Shown here: piece by piece, positions 20,048-28,500 of the stretch
How positions within the stretch are numbered: the stretch's first letter is position 1
Layout: every line of letters starts with the position of its first letter
Assembly: GCA_965277805.1 (NCBI GenBank)
Contig: OZ255842.1
Location: forward strand, 512,001 to 576,000
Length of the DNA stretch: 64,000 nucleotides
Direction of reading: 5' to 3'
Source of the DNA: Candidatus Lustribacter sp.
Lineage (GTDB): Bacteria > Vulcanimicrobiota > Vulcanimicrobiia > Vulcanimicrobiales > Vulcanimicrobiaceae
Notes under the pieces: generated by a model
What the model was told of the DNA's origin: nothing
The model's database searches: none
Seen by the model: the letters and a program-made list of their open reading frames with translations, nothing else
Translations under genes and position numbers: made by a program

Positions 20048-20946
20048 ACCGTTGCCGCTTCGTGCCCGGCATCCGGCACGCCGGCCATGGCCGCGCGGAT
20101 TTCAGCGCTCGGCGGACCGGCGGTACCCCACAGGTCCATCGCTGCGGGCGTGCGTTGCCAAACTTGCGGCTCCCAAGTTGCTTCGTCGGCGATCTCGATG
20201 CCGTCGGCAATGAGTTCGACGACATAGCCCGATGGTTCGACGAAGTAGTTGAACACTTGCGAGCCGGGACCGTGGCGCCCGGTTCCCCACATCAACGGAG
20301 CACCGAACGTGCGCACGCGCCCCTGAGCGCGAAAGAGCTCGTCGATCGAGCCCATCGTCCACGACGTATGATTGTACGCCGCGTGCGGTGCGGCGTTGAA
20401 CGCGATCGAGTGATGCTCGGGATTGCAGCGCAGGAACGACATCTGATGTTCGCTCCAGTCGGAGATCTTGAACCCCAGCACGTCGTGGTAGAATGCCGTC
20501 ACGCGGTCGATGTCCGGGGTGTTGACCACGATGTGCGCGAGCTTCTGCGGCACGGGACCGCGCGCGGCCGACGGCCCCGTGGCGACGCCGGCGGAGACTT
20601 CGATGCAGCGGTTGTCCGGGTCGAGGAATTGAAAGCCATAGCCGCCGCCGGGCGTGGAAAGATGGTGCGGGGAGGCGATCGTCGGGATGCCGTCGCGATC
20701 GAGATCCCGCGCGGCGGCGTCGACGTCGTGTTCGGTGGCGAGACCGAACGCAATGCGATCGATGCGGCGCTCGGGTCCGGGAACCAGCGTCAACTGGAAG
20801 GGTTCGTCGAGCTGCGTCTGCAGATACGCGCGCCCGTGATGATCGGCACCGGTGTCGCGCAGACCCCAGGCTTCGGTGAAGAATGCCTTCGAACGTTCGA
20901 ACTCCGGCGTTGCGATCGCGACGTAACGCAGGTGGGTGATGTTCAT
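20044..20946 (-). CDS. VOC-family two-domain extradiol dioxygenase (catechol 2,3-dioxygenase-like)
   Basis: [31 protein letters not shown]...[11 protein letters not shown]. Confidence 0.88.
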   Translation of the reverse strand: MNITHLRYVAIATPEFERSKAFFTEAWGLRDTGADHHGRAYLQTQLDEPFQLTLVPGPERRIDRIAFGLATEHDVDAAARDLDRDGIPTIASPHHLSTPGGGYGFQFLDPDNRCIEVSAGVATGPSAARGPVPQKLAHIVVNTPDIDRVTAFYHDVLGFKISDWSEHQMSFLRCNPEHHSIAFNAAPHAAYNHTSWTMGSIDELFRAQGRVRTFGAPLMWGTGRHGPGSQVFNYFVEPSGYVVELIADGIEIADEATWEPQVWQRTPAAMDLWGTAGPPSAEIRAAMAGVPDAGHEAATV

Positions 20947-21749
20947 GTGGACTGATCTCCCGGCGCCGTATCGGAACGCCAGCCGTAGGCTTGAGAAAGT
21001 TCGAGCGCCGTTTCGCGCACGGCCGGGACGACGACATCGTCGACGTTCGCCGTGGTGAGCGATTCCGCTGCCGCTGACACGTTGATGGCGGCGATCGTCT
21101 CGCCCGCGCTGTTGCGAATCGGCGCCGCGACGGACCGGATGCCGAACTCAAATTCTTGATTGGAGGTTGCGTAACCGCGATGCCGGATCTGCGCGATCTC
21201 GGCGAGGAACGCGCGCTTGTCGGCCAGGGTGTGGTCGGTGTAGCTTTCGAGCGGGTTGGCGATCAGCCATTCGGTGATCCAGGCATCGCTCTTGGCGGCG
21301 AGCAGCGTCTTGCCCATCGCAGTCGCGTGCGCGGGCAAGCGCGAACCGACGTGGATCGCGCTCGACAGCAGCGCCCGCGACGCGGCCCGGCCGACGTACA
21401 CCACATCTCTGCCGTCGAGTATTCCGACGTGTGCCGAGCCGTTGGTGCGATCGCGCAGACGTTCCAAATACGGCTGCGCAAGTTCGGGCAGTTGCAGGTT
21501 GGCGAGCGCCGAGAAGCCGATCTCCAGCACCTTCGGCGTGAGCTCGTACCGCTTGGTCACCGCATCGCGGCGCAGATAGCCGAGCGATTCAAGCGTGTGC
21601 AGAAAGCGGAACGGTTCGGTGCGGCGCCAGCCGAGTTGCCGCGCCACGTCGCCGAGCGAGAGCGTCGGGTGTTCGCGATCGAAGCAGCGCAGCACGTCGA
21701 GCCCGCGCATCAAACCGCCGACGAGATAGCGGTCGTCGCCGGCCACCAT
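20943..21749 (-). CDS. IclR-family transcriptional regulator (PcaR/PobR-like)
   Basis: RGLDVLRCF HTH, VGSRLPAHATAMGK, GIRSVAAPI; TGATG overlap gives start 21749. Confidence 0.92.
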   Translation of the reverse strand: MVAGDDRYLVGGLMRGLDVLRCFDREHPTLSLGDVARQLGWRRTEPFRFLHTLESLGYLRRDAVTKRYELTPKVLEIGFSALANLQLPELAQPYLERLRDRTNGSAHVGILDGRDVVYVGRAASRALLSSAIHVGSRLPAHATAMGKTLLAAKSDAWITEWLIANPLESYTDHTLADKRAFLAEIAQIRHRGYATSNQEFEFGIRSVAAPIRNSAGETIAAINVSAAAESLTTANVDDVVVPAVRETALELSQAYGWRSDTAPGDQST

Positions 21750-23311
21750 CACGCGCCCACCCATAGGCTTTGCGTGAGACGGCGCAGCATCGCGAGGGCG
21801 CTGAGCGGCGCCAACGCGCTCGTCTTCGGGTTTTCCGGACTCGGCAAGTTGTCGAGCCGCACGGTGAAGGTGCCGAAGTCGCCGTTCGCTTCGATCTCGT
21901 GTGTGTTGGTCGTCGACGCCGGATCGGCGACGACGCTCACGCTCACCGCAACGCCGTCGCCGGCCAGTGCGAGTACGGCGGCAACGTTGACGTTGCTCGG
22001 GAAACCGCGCACTGCATCGGCGACGCTGCCCTCGAAAATCGTGGTGGCCGCGGTCAACGCATCGAGGTCGATGCCGTGCTCGACGACGTGCGGCGCACCG
22101 GCCAGACCGCGCGGCGGTTTGGTCGTGCGCAGACGCAGGCTGCGCAAGCCGCCGAGCGCGCCCGCGCGAATGCCGTCGATGCCCGCAATCGCACCCGACG
22201 GGACGAGGATGCGCCGTCCGTGCGCGCGTGCAACGGCGCGCAACTCGGCCACGAACGCCGCATCGACGAGCGCGCCGGCGCTCAGCACCATGACGTCGGC
22301 ACCGCTCGCGAGCCAGCCGGCGGCGTAACGTCGCACGACGGCCGGACCGGCTGCTTCGATCACGAGTGCGGCGTGCTCGGGCAACCGTTCCAAATCGGCG
22401 AAGGCGAGCGCGGATTGACGACGCGCATACACGTCGACGCGCTCGGCTTCGGCGTCGAGCCGGCCGATCGCGGTGACGCGGGCCATGCCGCCGCTGCCGC
22501 GCGCGATGCCGTCGATCAGCACCGTTGCAATAGCGCCCGCGCCGGCGACGGCGACGCGCACGACGCGCGCGGGAAGTTCCACCGCATCGATGAACGTGCG
22601 GACGGCCGCGGCGAACTCATCAGGACGTTCGATGTTCGGTGCGTGACCGGCGTCCGCGATCGTGGCGAGCCGCGCATCGGGGATACGTTCGGCGATCGTT
22701 TGCGAGAGCGAGAGGCCGACGACGCTGTCGTGTTCGCCACACACGATCAGCGCCGGTACGGCGATCGCGTCGAGCCACGGCAGCGCGTCGGTGGCGGCGA
22801 TGATATCGGTGACGTAACGGTAGCCCGCCGGGCGCGCGCGGCGCATGTTGCGTGCGATTTCTTCCAGCACGTCGGCGGCTGCATTCGGCCCGGCGATCTC
22901 GCCCGCGCGTTCGCCGGCGCGCGCTTGCAGCTCGGCCGCCAGCGCATAACGCCCCTCGACCCAGCGCGCGCGTTCGTCCGGCGCCAGCGTGTTGCGGCCG
23001 AGGGTGGTGTCGGAGAGCACGAGGGAGCGGACGAGGTGCGGATGGCGGCGTGCCAGCGCGAGCGCGGCGAGGGCGCCGAAGGAGACGCCCACCACGTGGG
23101 CCGGTTCGCGATCGAGCAGCGTCGCGAGATCGTCGGCCACCGCGTCGAGCGAGGGCGGCCCGGCCGGGTCGGGCGAGTCGCCATAACCGCGCAGGTCGGG
23201 GGCGATCAGCGCGTAGTCGCCGGCGAGGCGGTCGATTTGGCGCTGCCATGACGTGGCGGAGGAGCCGATCCCGTGGAGGAGCAGAACCGTGGGCCCGGTG
23301 CCGGCCCGCAC
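21749..23311 (-). CDS. Fusion: alpha/beta hydrolase (N-terminal) + L-aspartate dehydrogenase NadX-like domain (C-terminal)
   Basis: LLHGIG, DLRGYGDS, GVSFG, GEHD, AGHAPN, then GAGAIA, PSGAIAGIDG, TTKPP, FPSNVNVAA, NTHEI, NPKTSAL in one frame. True start may lie further upstream (see findings). Confidence 0.88.
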   Translation of the reverse strand: MRAGTGPTVLLLHGIGSSATSWQRQIDRLAGDYALIAPDLRGYGDSPDPAGPPSLDAVADDLATLLDREPAHVVGVSFGALAALALARRHPHLVRSLVLSDTTLGRNTLAPDERARWVEGRYALAAELQARAGERAGEIAGPNAAADVLEEIARNMRRARPAGYRYVTDIIAATDALPWLDAIAVPALIVCGEHDSVVGLSLSQTIAERIPDARLATIADAGHAPNIERPDEFAAAVRTFIDAVELPARVVRVAVAGAGAIATVLIDGIARGSGGMARVTAIGRLDAEAERVDVYARRQSALAFADLERLPEHAALVIEAAGPAVVRRYAAGWLASGADVMVLSAGALVDAAFVAELRAVARAHGRRILVPSGAIAGIDGIRAGALGGLRSLRLRTTKPPRGLAGAPHVVEHGIDLDALTAATTIFEGSVADAVRGFPSNVNVAAVLALAGDGVAVSVSVVADPASTTNTHEIEANGDFGTFTVRLDNLPSPENPKTSALAPLSALAMLRRLTQSLWVGA

Positions 23312-23350
23312 CGCGTTGAGCGCTTCCAGCGTTGGCGTGACGTGTCTCCT

Positions 23351-23391
23351 ATACGAAACAGGTTTTCAAATACGAACTACTCTGTTATACT
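23351..23391 (+). promoter_or_regulatory. Extended -10 promoter (TGnTATACT) for the cupin gene with overlapping IclR/PcaR-type operator repeats
   Basis: TG-T-TATACT at 23383-23391; ATACGAAAC 23351-23359 and ATACGAAC 23370-23377; imperfect palindrome GTTTTCAAATACGAAC 23362-23377. Confidence 0.55.
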
Positions 23392-23425
23392 CTGGGCGAG
23401 TTCGCTACGTCAAGGGAGATCCGCC

Positions 23426-24349
23426 GTGCCCAACGCCGACCACGCCCGCATCGGACGCTACCTCGAAAAGTCTTGGGATTGGGACGCCTTTCCGGCCAAT
23501 TCCGGCTACCCGGAACTAGAGCGCGCGCAGATGCGCTACATCGGGGCCGGCGGCTCGCCGAAGACCGACGACCGCAGCACGCTGCCGCCCGGCGCGTTCA
23601 CGTGCAGCCTGATCTTCCAAGAGCCGGGCCGCAAAGCGTCGACGCACCATCACAAGATCGAAGAGCTGTTCTTCGTGCACCGCGGCAACCTCACGATGTC
23701 GTGGCAGTTCGGTGATGAGGTCGTCGATTTCGTTGTCGGTCCCGGCGATGCGGTGCTCAACCCGACGAGCCGGCCGCACGGTTTTCGCAATGACGGCACC
23801 GAGGACTGCATCATGCAGATCATGGTCGCCACCGCCGCGCCGATGAACCCGACGTACACCGATCATCCGGCCGAACACGCGGTGAGTCCGCTGCGTCCGG
23901 CCGCGCCGGAGAAACGCGCCGAGTATCTACAAGAAGTGGAACGTTATCTCTCGCGCGCATCGGCGGTGACGCCGCAGATCGCCACGGTGGAAGGCGGCAC
24001 GTTCACGGCATCGCCGTACGTGATGTCGGCGGCGGCGGGCGGTCTCGTTACGCCGACGCACTTCACCTACGCCGTCGACACGCTCACGCGCGGCGCGGCG
24101 ACCCCGGCGTACTCGCTGGCGGTCGAAGAAGCGTTCATGATGCTCGACGGCGTGCTCGACGTGGAGACGTTCGACGCGGCCGGTAACGCGACGGTCGCGC
24201 GCATCGGTCCGCGCGATCTCGCGCTGATCCCGGCGGGGACGAAACATCGGTTGGTCAACCGCGACGCCGCGACCGCGCGTTTCGGTGCGATCGCGGGTTC
24301 GAAAGACGCCGTGCCGATCGCATGGCGCGAGGCGGTCGCGGCGCGCTGA
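23426..24349 (+). CDS. Bicupin protein
   Basis: SD GGGAG then GTG 23426; N-cupin STHHHKIEELFFV...PHGFRN; second cupin VEEAFMMLDG...PAGTKHRLVN. Confidence 0.82.
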   Translation: MPNADHARIGRYLEKSWDWDAFPANSGYPELERAQMRYIGAGGSPKTDDRSTLPPGAFTCSLIFQEPGRKASTHHHKIEELFFVHRGNLTMSWQFGDEVVDFVVGPGDAVLNPTSRPHGFRNDGTEDCIMQIMVATAAPMNPTYTDHPAEHAVSPLRPAAPEKRAEYLQEVERYLSRASAVTPQIATVEGGTFTASPYVMSAAAGGLVTPTHFTYAVDTLTRGAATPAYSLAVEEAFMMLDGVLDVETFDAAGNATVARIGPRDLALIPAGTKHRLVNRDAATARFGAIAGSKDAVPIAWREAVAAR

Positions 24350-24387
24350 GACAGGTTCCCGGCGCCGCCGCGCGCTAAGAGGCCGCG

Positions 24388-25554
24388 GTGGACGTGCATG
24401 CCGGTGTTCTGACCGCCATCGCAATACTCGGCGTGGCGCTGCTCGTCGGCGTGGCTGCCGAACGGCTGCGCATTCCGTATATCGTTGCGCTGCTCGTCGT
24501 GACGCTGCCGTTACCGCCGTTGCAGTCGGACGAACACTTCGCGGAGGCGTTTCTGGTCGTGCTGCTGCCGACGCTGGTCTTCGATGCGGCCTGGAATCTC
24601 AACGTCGCTGAGTTGCTGATCGCCTGGCGGGCGATCGCGTGGATGGCCGTGCCGGGCGTGCTCATCACGATCGGCGCGGTCGGCGGCGGCCTCGCGCTGC
24701 TCGGCATCTTGCCGATCGTCCCCGCGCTGCTGCTCGGCGCGATCGTTGCCCCAACCGATCCGATCGCCGTGATCGCAACGTTCAAACGTTTGCAGGTGCC
24801 GGCGGAACTGGCCGTCACCGTCGAGGGCGAATCGCTCTTCAACGACGGCGTTGCGGTGGTGATGTACACGGCGTTCGCGCTGGCACTCGAGCACGGCACG
24901 CCGGTCGCGCCGCTCACGCTCGCCTGGAACGTCGTGGCGGTCTCAATCGGCGGCGGGGCGATCGGGGTCGCCGTCGCCGGCATCGCGTACCTCATCGTGC
25001 GCTGGACGCTCGATCGCGATCTGCACGTGATCGGCAGCCTGCTGGTGGCGTACGGTGCGTACATGGGCGCAGAAGAGCTGCACGTCTCGGGTATATTCGC
25101 CGCGCTCTGCGGCGGCATCGCGTATCGCTGGTTCGAACACCGGACCAACGACGACGCGATCGTCGAACACGTCCATACGTTCTGGACCATCGCGGCGTTC
25201 TTCGCCAACACGATCGTCTTCATGCTGGTCGGTGCGCGCATCGAAATCGGGCGCGTGCTCGCGCATCCGTCGATCGTGTTCGGGACGCTCGTGCTGGTGC
25301 TCGTGTCGCGACTGGCCGTCGTATACGGCGGCCTGCCGTTCCTCGGCGTGCCGCAGCGGGCGTGGCAGCACGTGATCGCGCTCTCGGGGATTCGCGGCGG
25401 CATCTCGCTTGCGCTCGCGCTCTCGCTCCCGGCCGCGCTGCCGTTTCGCGACGACATCGTCGATGCGGTCTACGGCGTGGTCGCGGTAACGATCCTCGTG
25501 CAGGGTTTGGCGCTCGCACCGATCATGCGCCGTCTGCAGTTGGAGCCGGCGTGA
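24388..25554 (+). CDS. CPA1-family Na+/H+ antiporter (NhaP-like)
   Basis: LLPTLVFDAA, APTDPIAV, VEGESLFNDG, GIRGGIS. Confidence 0.92.
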   Translation: MDVHAGVLTAIAILGVALLVGVAAERLRIPYIVALLVVTLPLPPLQSDEHFAEAFLVVLLPTLVFDAAWNLNVAELLIAWRAIAWMAVPGVLITIGAVGGGLALLGILPIVPALLLGAIVAPTDPIAVIATFKRLQVPAELAVTVEGESLFNDGVAVVMYTAFALALEHGTPVAPLTLAWNVVAVSIGGGAIGVAVAGIAYLIVRWTLDRDLHVIGSLLVAYGAYMGAEELHVSGIFAALCGGIAYRWFEHRTNDDAIVEHVHTFWTIAAFFANTIVFMLVGARIEIGRVLAHPSIVFGTLVLVLVSRLAVVYGGLPFLGVPQRAWQHVIALSGIRGGISLALALSLPAALPFRDDIVDAVYGVVAVTILVQGLALAPIMRRLQLEPA

Positions 25555-26564
25555 GCGAGCTGCACGTCGCCGTCGATGCCCGCTTTGCCGTGCTCGACCA
25601 GCGCGGCATCGGACGTTATACGCGCGCGCTGATCGCGCAGTTCGTTGCGCGGCCCGGCGTGCGCTTGTCGTTCGTCGCACCCGGCTTATTCGCGCCGCGG
25701 CGGCGGATTGCCGCGATACTCGGCGTTGAACGCAGCCGCGTCGTTTCGGCGGTGCCGGCGGATGCGGACGTGCTGTGGAGCCCGTCGAACGGTACCGACC
25801 TCGTCACCAGCGTGCCGTGCGTGACGACCGTGCACGACGTCGTTCCGTTCATGTTTCCGGCCGAAGGCTTCAAGGTGCGCGAAGCGGAGCAAGGGCCGTT
25901 GCGGCGGACGGCGCAGCGCGCGCGCACGATCATCGCCGATTCACGCTACATCGCGGGCGAGATCGCGCTGCGCATGAAGGTCGAGCCCGAACGCATCGCG
26001 GTCGCGCCGCTCGGCGTGACCGAACCGTTCGTTGCCGCGGGTGAACGCGGCACGCTCGACGACGGCCGGCAGTACGTGCTGCACGTCGGCGCGCACGACA
26101 TGCGCAAGAACGTGCGCACGCTCGTGGCGGCGTGGCAAGCGGCGTTTCCAACCGCCGACGTTGCGCTCGCCTTCACGCGCAAGCCCGAGATTCTGCCGCC
26201 CGGTGCGGTGGTGGTCGACGCACCGTCGGACGAGCGGCTGGCGGCGTTTTATCGCGGCGCGTTGTTCGTCGCGGTGCCGTCGCTCGATGAAGGCTTCGGC
26301 TTGCCGCTGCTCGAGGCAATGGCGTGCGGCGCGCCGGCCGTTGCCTCGAAGGTTGCCGCGCTGCCGGAAGTCGGCGGCGATGCGCCGGCGTGGGTCGACG
26401 ATCCCGACGATGTCGACAAGTGGGCGTTCACGTTTCGCGGGCTGACGCGGCAGCCCGAACTCTTGGCGACGCTGGCGGAACGCGGTCCGGCGCAAGCGGC
26501 GAAGTTCACCTGGGCGCGTTGCGCCGATCTCACGCTCGCCGCGCTGCAGCGGCTGCCCGCATGA
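25551..26564 (+). CDS. Glycosyltransferase family 4 (GT-B)
   Basis: GIGRYT, TVHD, RKNV, PSLDEGFGLPLLEAMACG; GTGA overlap at 25551. Confidence 0.9.
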   Translation: MSELHVAVDARFAVLDQRGIGRYTRALIAQFVARPGVRLSFVAPGLFAPRRRIAAILGVERSRVVSAVPADADVLWSPSNGTDLVTSVPCVTTVHDVVPFMFPAEGFKVREAEQGPLRRTAQRARTIIADSRYIAGEIALRMKVEPERIAVAPLGVTEPFVAAGERGTLDDGRQYVLHVGAHDMRKNVRTLVAAWQAAFPTADVALAFTRKPEILPPGAVVVDAPSDERLAAFYRGALFVAVPSLDEGFGLPLLEAMACGAPAVASKVAALPEVGGDAPAWVDDPDDVDKWAFTFRGLTRQPELLATLAERGPAQAAKFTWARCADLTLAALQRLPA

Positions 26565-27532
26565 CGGCGCGCCTGCACGTCGCGGTCGACATGACGAATC
26601 TCAAGGGCGACTGGCGCGGCATCACGCGCTACGTGCGCGCGGTGTTCCCGCGCCTGTCCGCCCGCGATGACGTGCGCCTGACCAAGGTCAACCCCCGCTG
26701 GTTCGGTTACCACGTTCCGCGCAGCGCCGACGTGGTGTGGCATCCGGCCAACGGCACGTTCTTCGATTCGCGCGCGCCGTCGGTCGTGACGATTCACGAC
26801 GCGGTCCCGTTCCGCTTTGCCGCGGACGATGACAAGAAGCGCGCGAACGAGCAGGGCCCGTTCTTGCGCTCGGCCGCAACCGCTGCGGCGATCATCGTCG
26901 ACTCGCAGTTCACCTCGCGCGAAGTCGGCACATTTTTGGGAGTAACGGCGGAGCGGCTCAACGTCGTTTCGCTGGGCGTCACGGCGCCGTTCACCGCCGG
27001 CGGCACGCGCGGCAGGCTGCCCGACGGACGGCCCTACGTGCTGCACGTCGGCGCGCACGACCCGCGCAAGAACGTGCCCACGCTGATCGCTGCCTGGCAA
27101 GCGGCATTTCCCGCAGCTGAGGTGGCGCTCGCCTTTACGCGTAAGCCCGGCGTGCTGCCGCACGGCGCGGTCGTGCTGGATGCGCCGTCGGACGAACGGC
27201 TGGCGGAATTTTACCGCGGCGCGTTGGTCGTCGCGGTACCCTCACTCGATGAGGGTTTCGGCTTGCCGCTGCTCGAGGCGCTGGGCTGCGGGTGCGCGGT
27301 CGTTGCATCGCGCGTCGCCGCGTTGCCGGAAGTCGGCGGTCAAGCGTGCGCGTGGGTCGACGATCCGCGCGACGTTGCGGCGTGGGCCGAGGCGCTGCGC
27401 GTGCTAGCCCAAGACGAACCGGTGCGCCGTCAGCTCGCGAGCTTGGCGTTCGAACGCGCCGCGCTGTTCTCGTGGGACCGCTGTGCGGCAAAGACGTACA
27501 ACGTGCTAGCCGCGGCTGCGCTCCAGCGCTAA
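26561..27532 (+). CDS. Glycosyltransferase family 4 (tandem paralog)
   Basis: GITRYV, TIHD, PRKNV, PSLDEGFGLPLLEALGCG; ATGA overlap at 26561. Confidence 0.9.
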   Translation: MTARLHVAVDMTNLKGDWRGITRYVRAVFPRLSARDDVRLTKVNPRWFGYHVPRSADVVWHPANGTFFDSRAPSVVTIHDAVPFRFAADDDKKRANEQGPFLRSAATAAAIIVDSQFTSREVGTFLGVTAERLNVVSLGVTAPFTAGGTRGRLPDGRPYVLHVGAHDPRKNVPTLIAAWQAAFPAAEVALAFTRKPGVLPHGAVVLDAPSDERLAEFYRGALVVAVPSLDEGFGLPLLEALGCGCAVVASRVAALPEVGGQACAWVDDPRDVAAWAEALRVLAQDEPVRRQLASLAFERAALFSWDRCAAKTYNVLAAAALQR

Positions 27533-28480
27533 TCTGATGCGCGGATGGGCCGCGACGACGTCGGGATAGTCGCCCAGCGCGCGCGCGATGTACGTGCGCT
27601 CGTGCGGGTTGTCGCTCTGGATCGTGCGCAAGACGTCGCGTTCGAGTTGCGCGCTGTCAGGCGGTGCGGCGGAAATGCGTGCACCCTGCGCGCGAAACGC
27701 CGCCACGTCTTTGACGCAGAAATAGTTCACGCAGACGCGTCCCTGCAGCGCTTGCGGATCGATCGGGTAGAAGCTCGTCGGCCGCAGCGGCCGCTTCGAG
27801 CGCACGCCGAAGAGATGATAGCCCAGCCGCGTGAGCGCAGTCGCGAGCGACGTGGGTGTTTCGCCGAACCAGTGCAGACAGTGGCCGTTCGACTCGATGA
27901 ACAGCGCCGGAGCATCGGGCCCGGAGAGCAATCGCTGCGCGCCCGCGATGGCTTGGAGTTCGGCACCCTCGATGTCCATCTTGATGAAGCCGACCGGCTG
28001 CGCTTCGGGCGTGCGCAGGAGCCACGTATCCAGGTCGATCGCTTCAACGCTCGTCACCGTGCCGTTTGAGATGGGGTCGCCGCCGGCGACAATGTGACCC
28101 TCGGGTCCGGCCGAGATGAATTGCAGCGTTCCCGCGCGATCGCTGACGGCGGCCTCGACGATCGTCCAGCGATCGAAGCCGTTGGCGTCGCGTGCCGCGC
28201 GCAGCAGCGCCGCATTGGCCGGCGACGCCTCGAAGCTGACCACGCGATGACCGCGGCTGCGAAAATACGCCGACGCGAGGCCGACGTGCGCTCCGACGTC
28301 CAGCACGCTTGTCCCCGGCGGAACGAACGGCGCCACGTCGCGAAATTCGAGGAAGACCGATGGATCGCGCTGCCTGATTGAATTGCTGATCGAGTCGGTC
28401 GCGTCGTCGGCGGCGAGCACGACGACGTTCCGGCCTTCGATGCTATACCGTTGGAGGATCGTGCCGGGGAAACGCGTCAT
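27506..28480 (-). CDS. FkbM-family SAM-dependent methyltransferase
   Basis: VLDVGAHVG, SFEAS, FIKMDIEGAE. Confidence 0.88.
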   Translation of the reverse strand: MTRFPGTILQRYSIEGRNVVVLAADDATDSISNSIRQRDPSVFLEFRDVAPFVPPGTSVLDVGAHVGLASAYFRSRGHRVVSFEASPANAALLRAARDANGFDRWTIVEAAVSDRAGTLQFISAGPEGHIVAGGDPISNGTVTSVEAIDLDTWLLRTPEAQPVGFIKMDIEGAELQAIAGAQRLLSGPDAPALFIESNGHCLHWFGETPTSLATALTRLGYHLFGVRSKRPLRPTSFYPIDPQALQGRVCVNYFCVKDVAAFRAQGARISAAPPDSAQLERDVLRTIQSDNPHERTYIARALGDYPDVVAAHPRIRLALERSRG

Positions 28481-28500
28481 ACCGGGGTACTTCTACAACA

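Noticed and set aside
21749-22570. De novo NAD biosynthesis locus
   Set aside because: No nadA or nadC in the window; the AspDH domain is fused to a hydrolase within a ring-cleavage operon.
24639-25550. Apparent 641-aa glycosyltransferase; similar N-terminal extensions at 8481, 14801, 15646, 34701, 35176 and 44106
   Set aside because: The extensions overlap neighbouring real genes; true starts are at stop/start overlaps or family N-termini.
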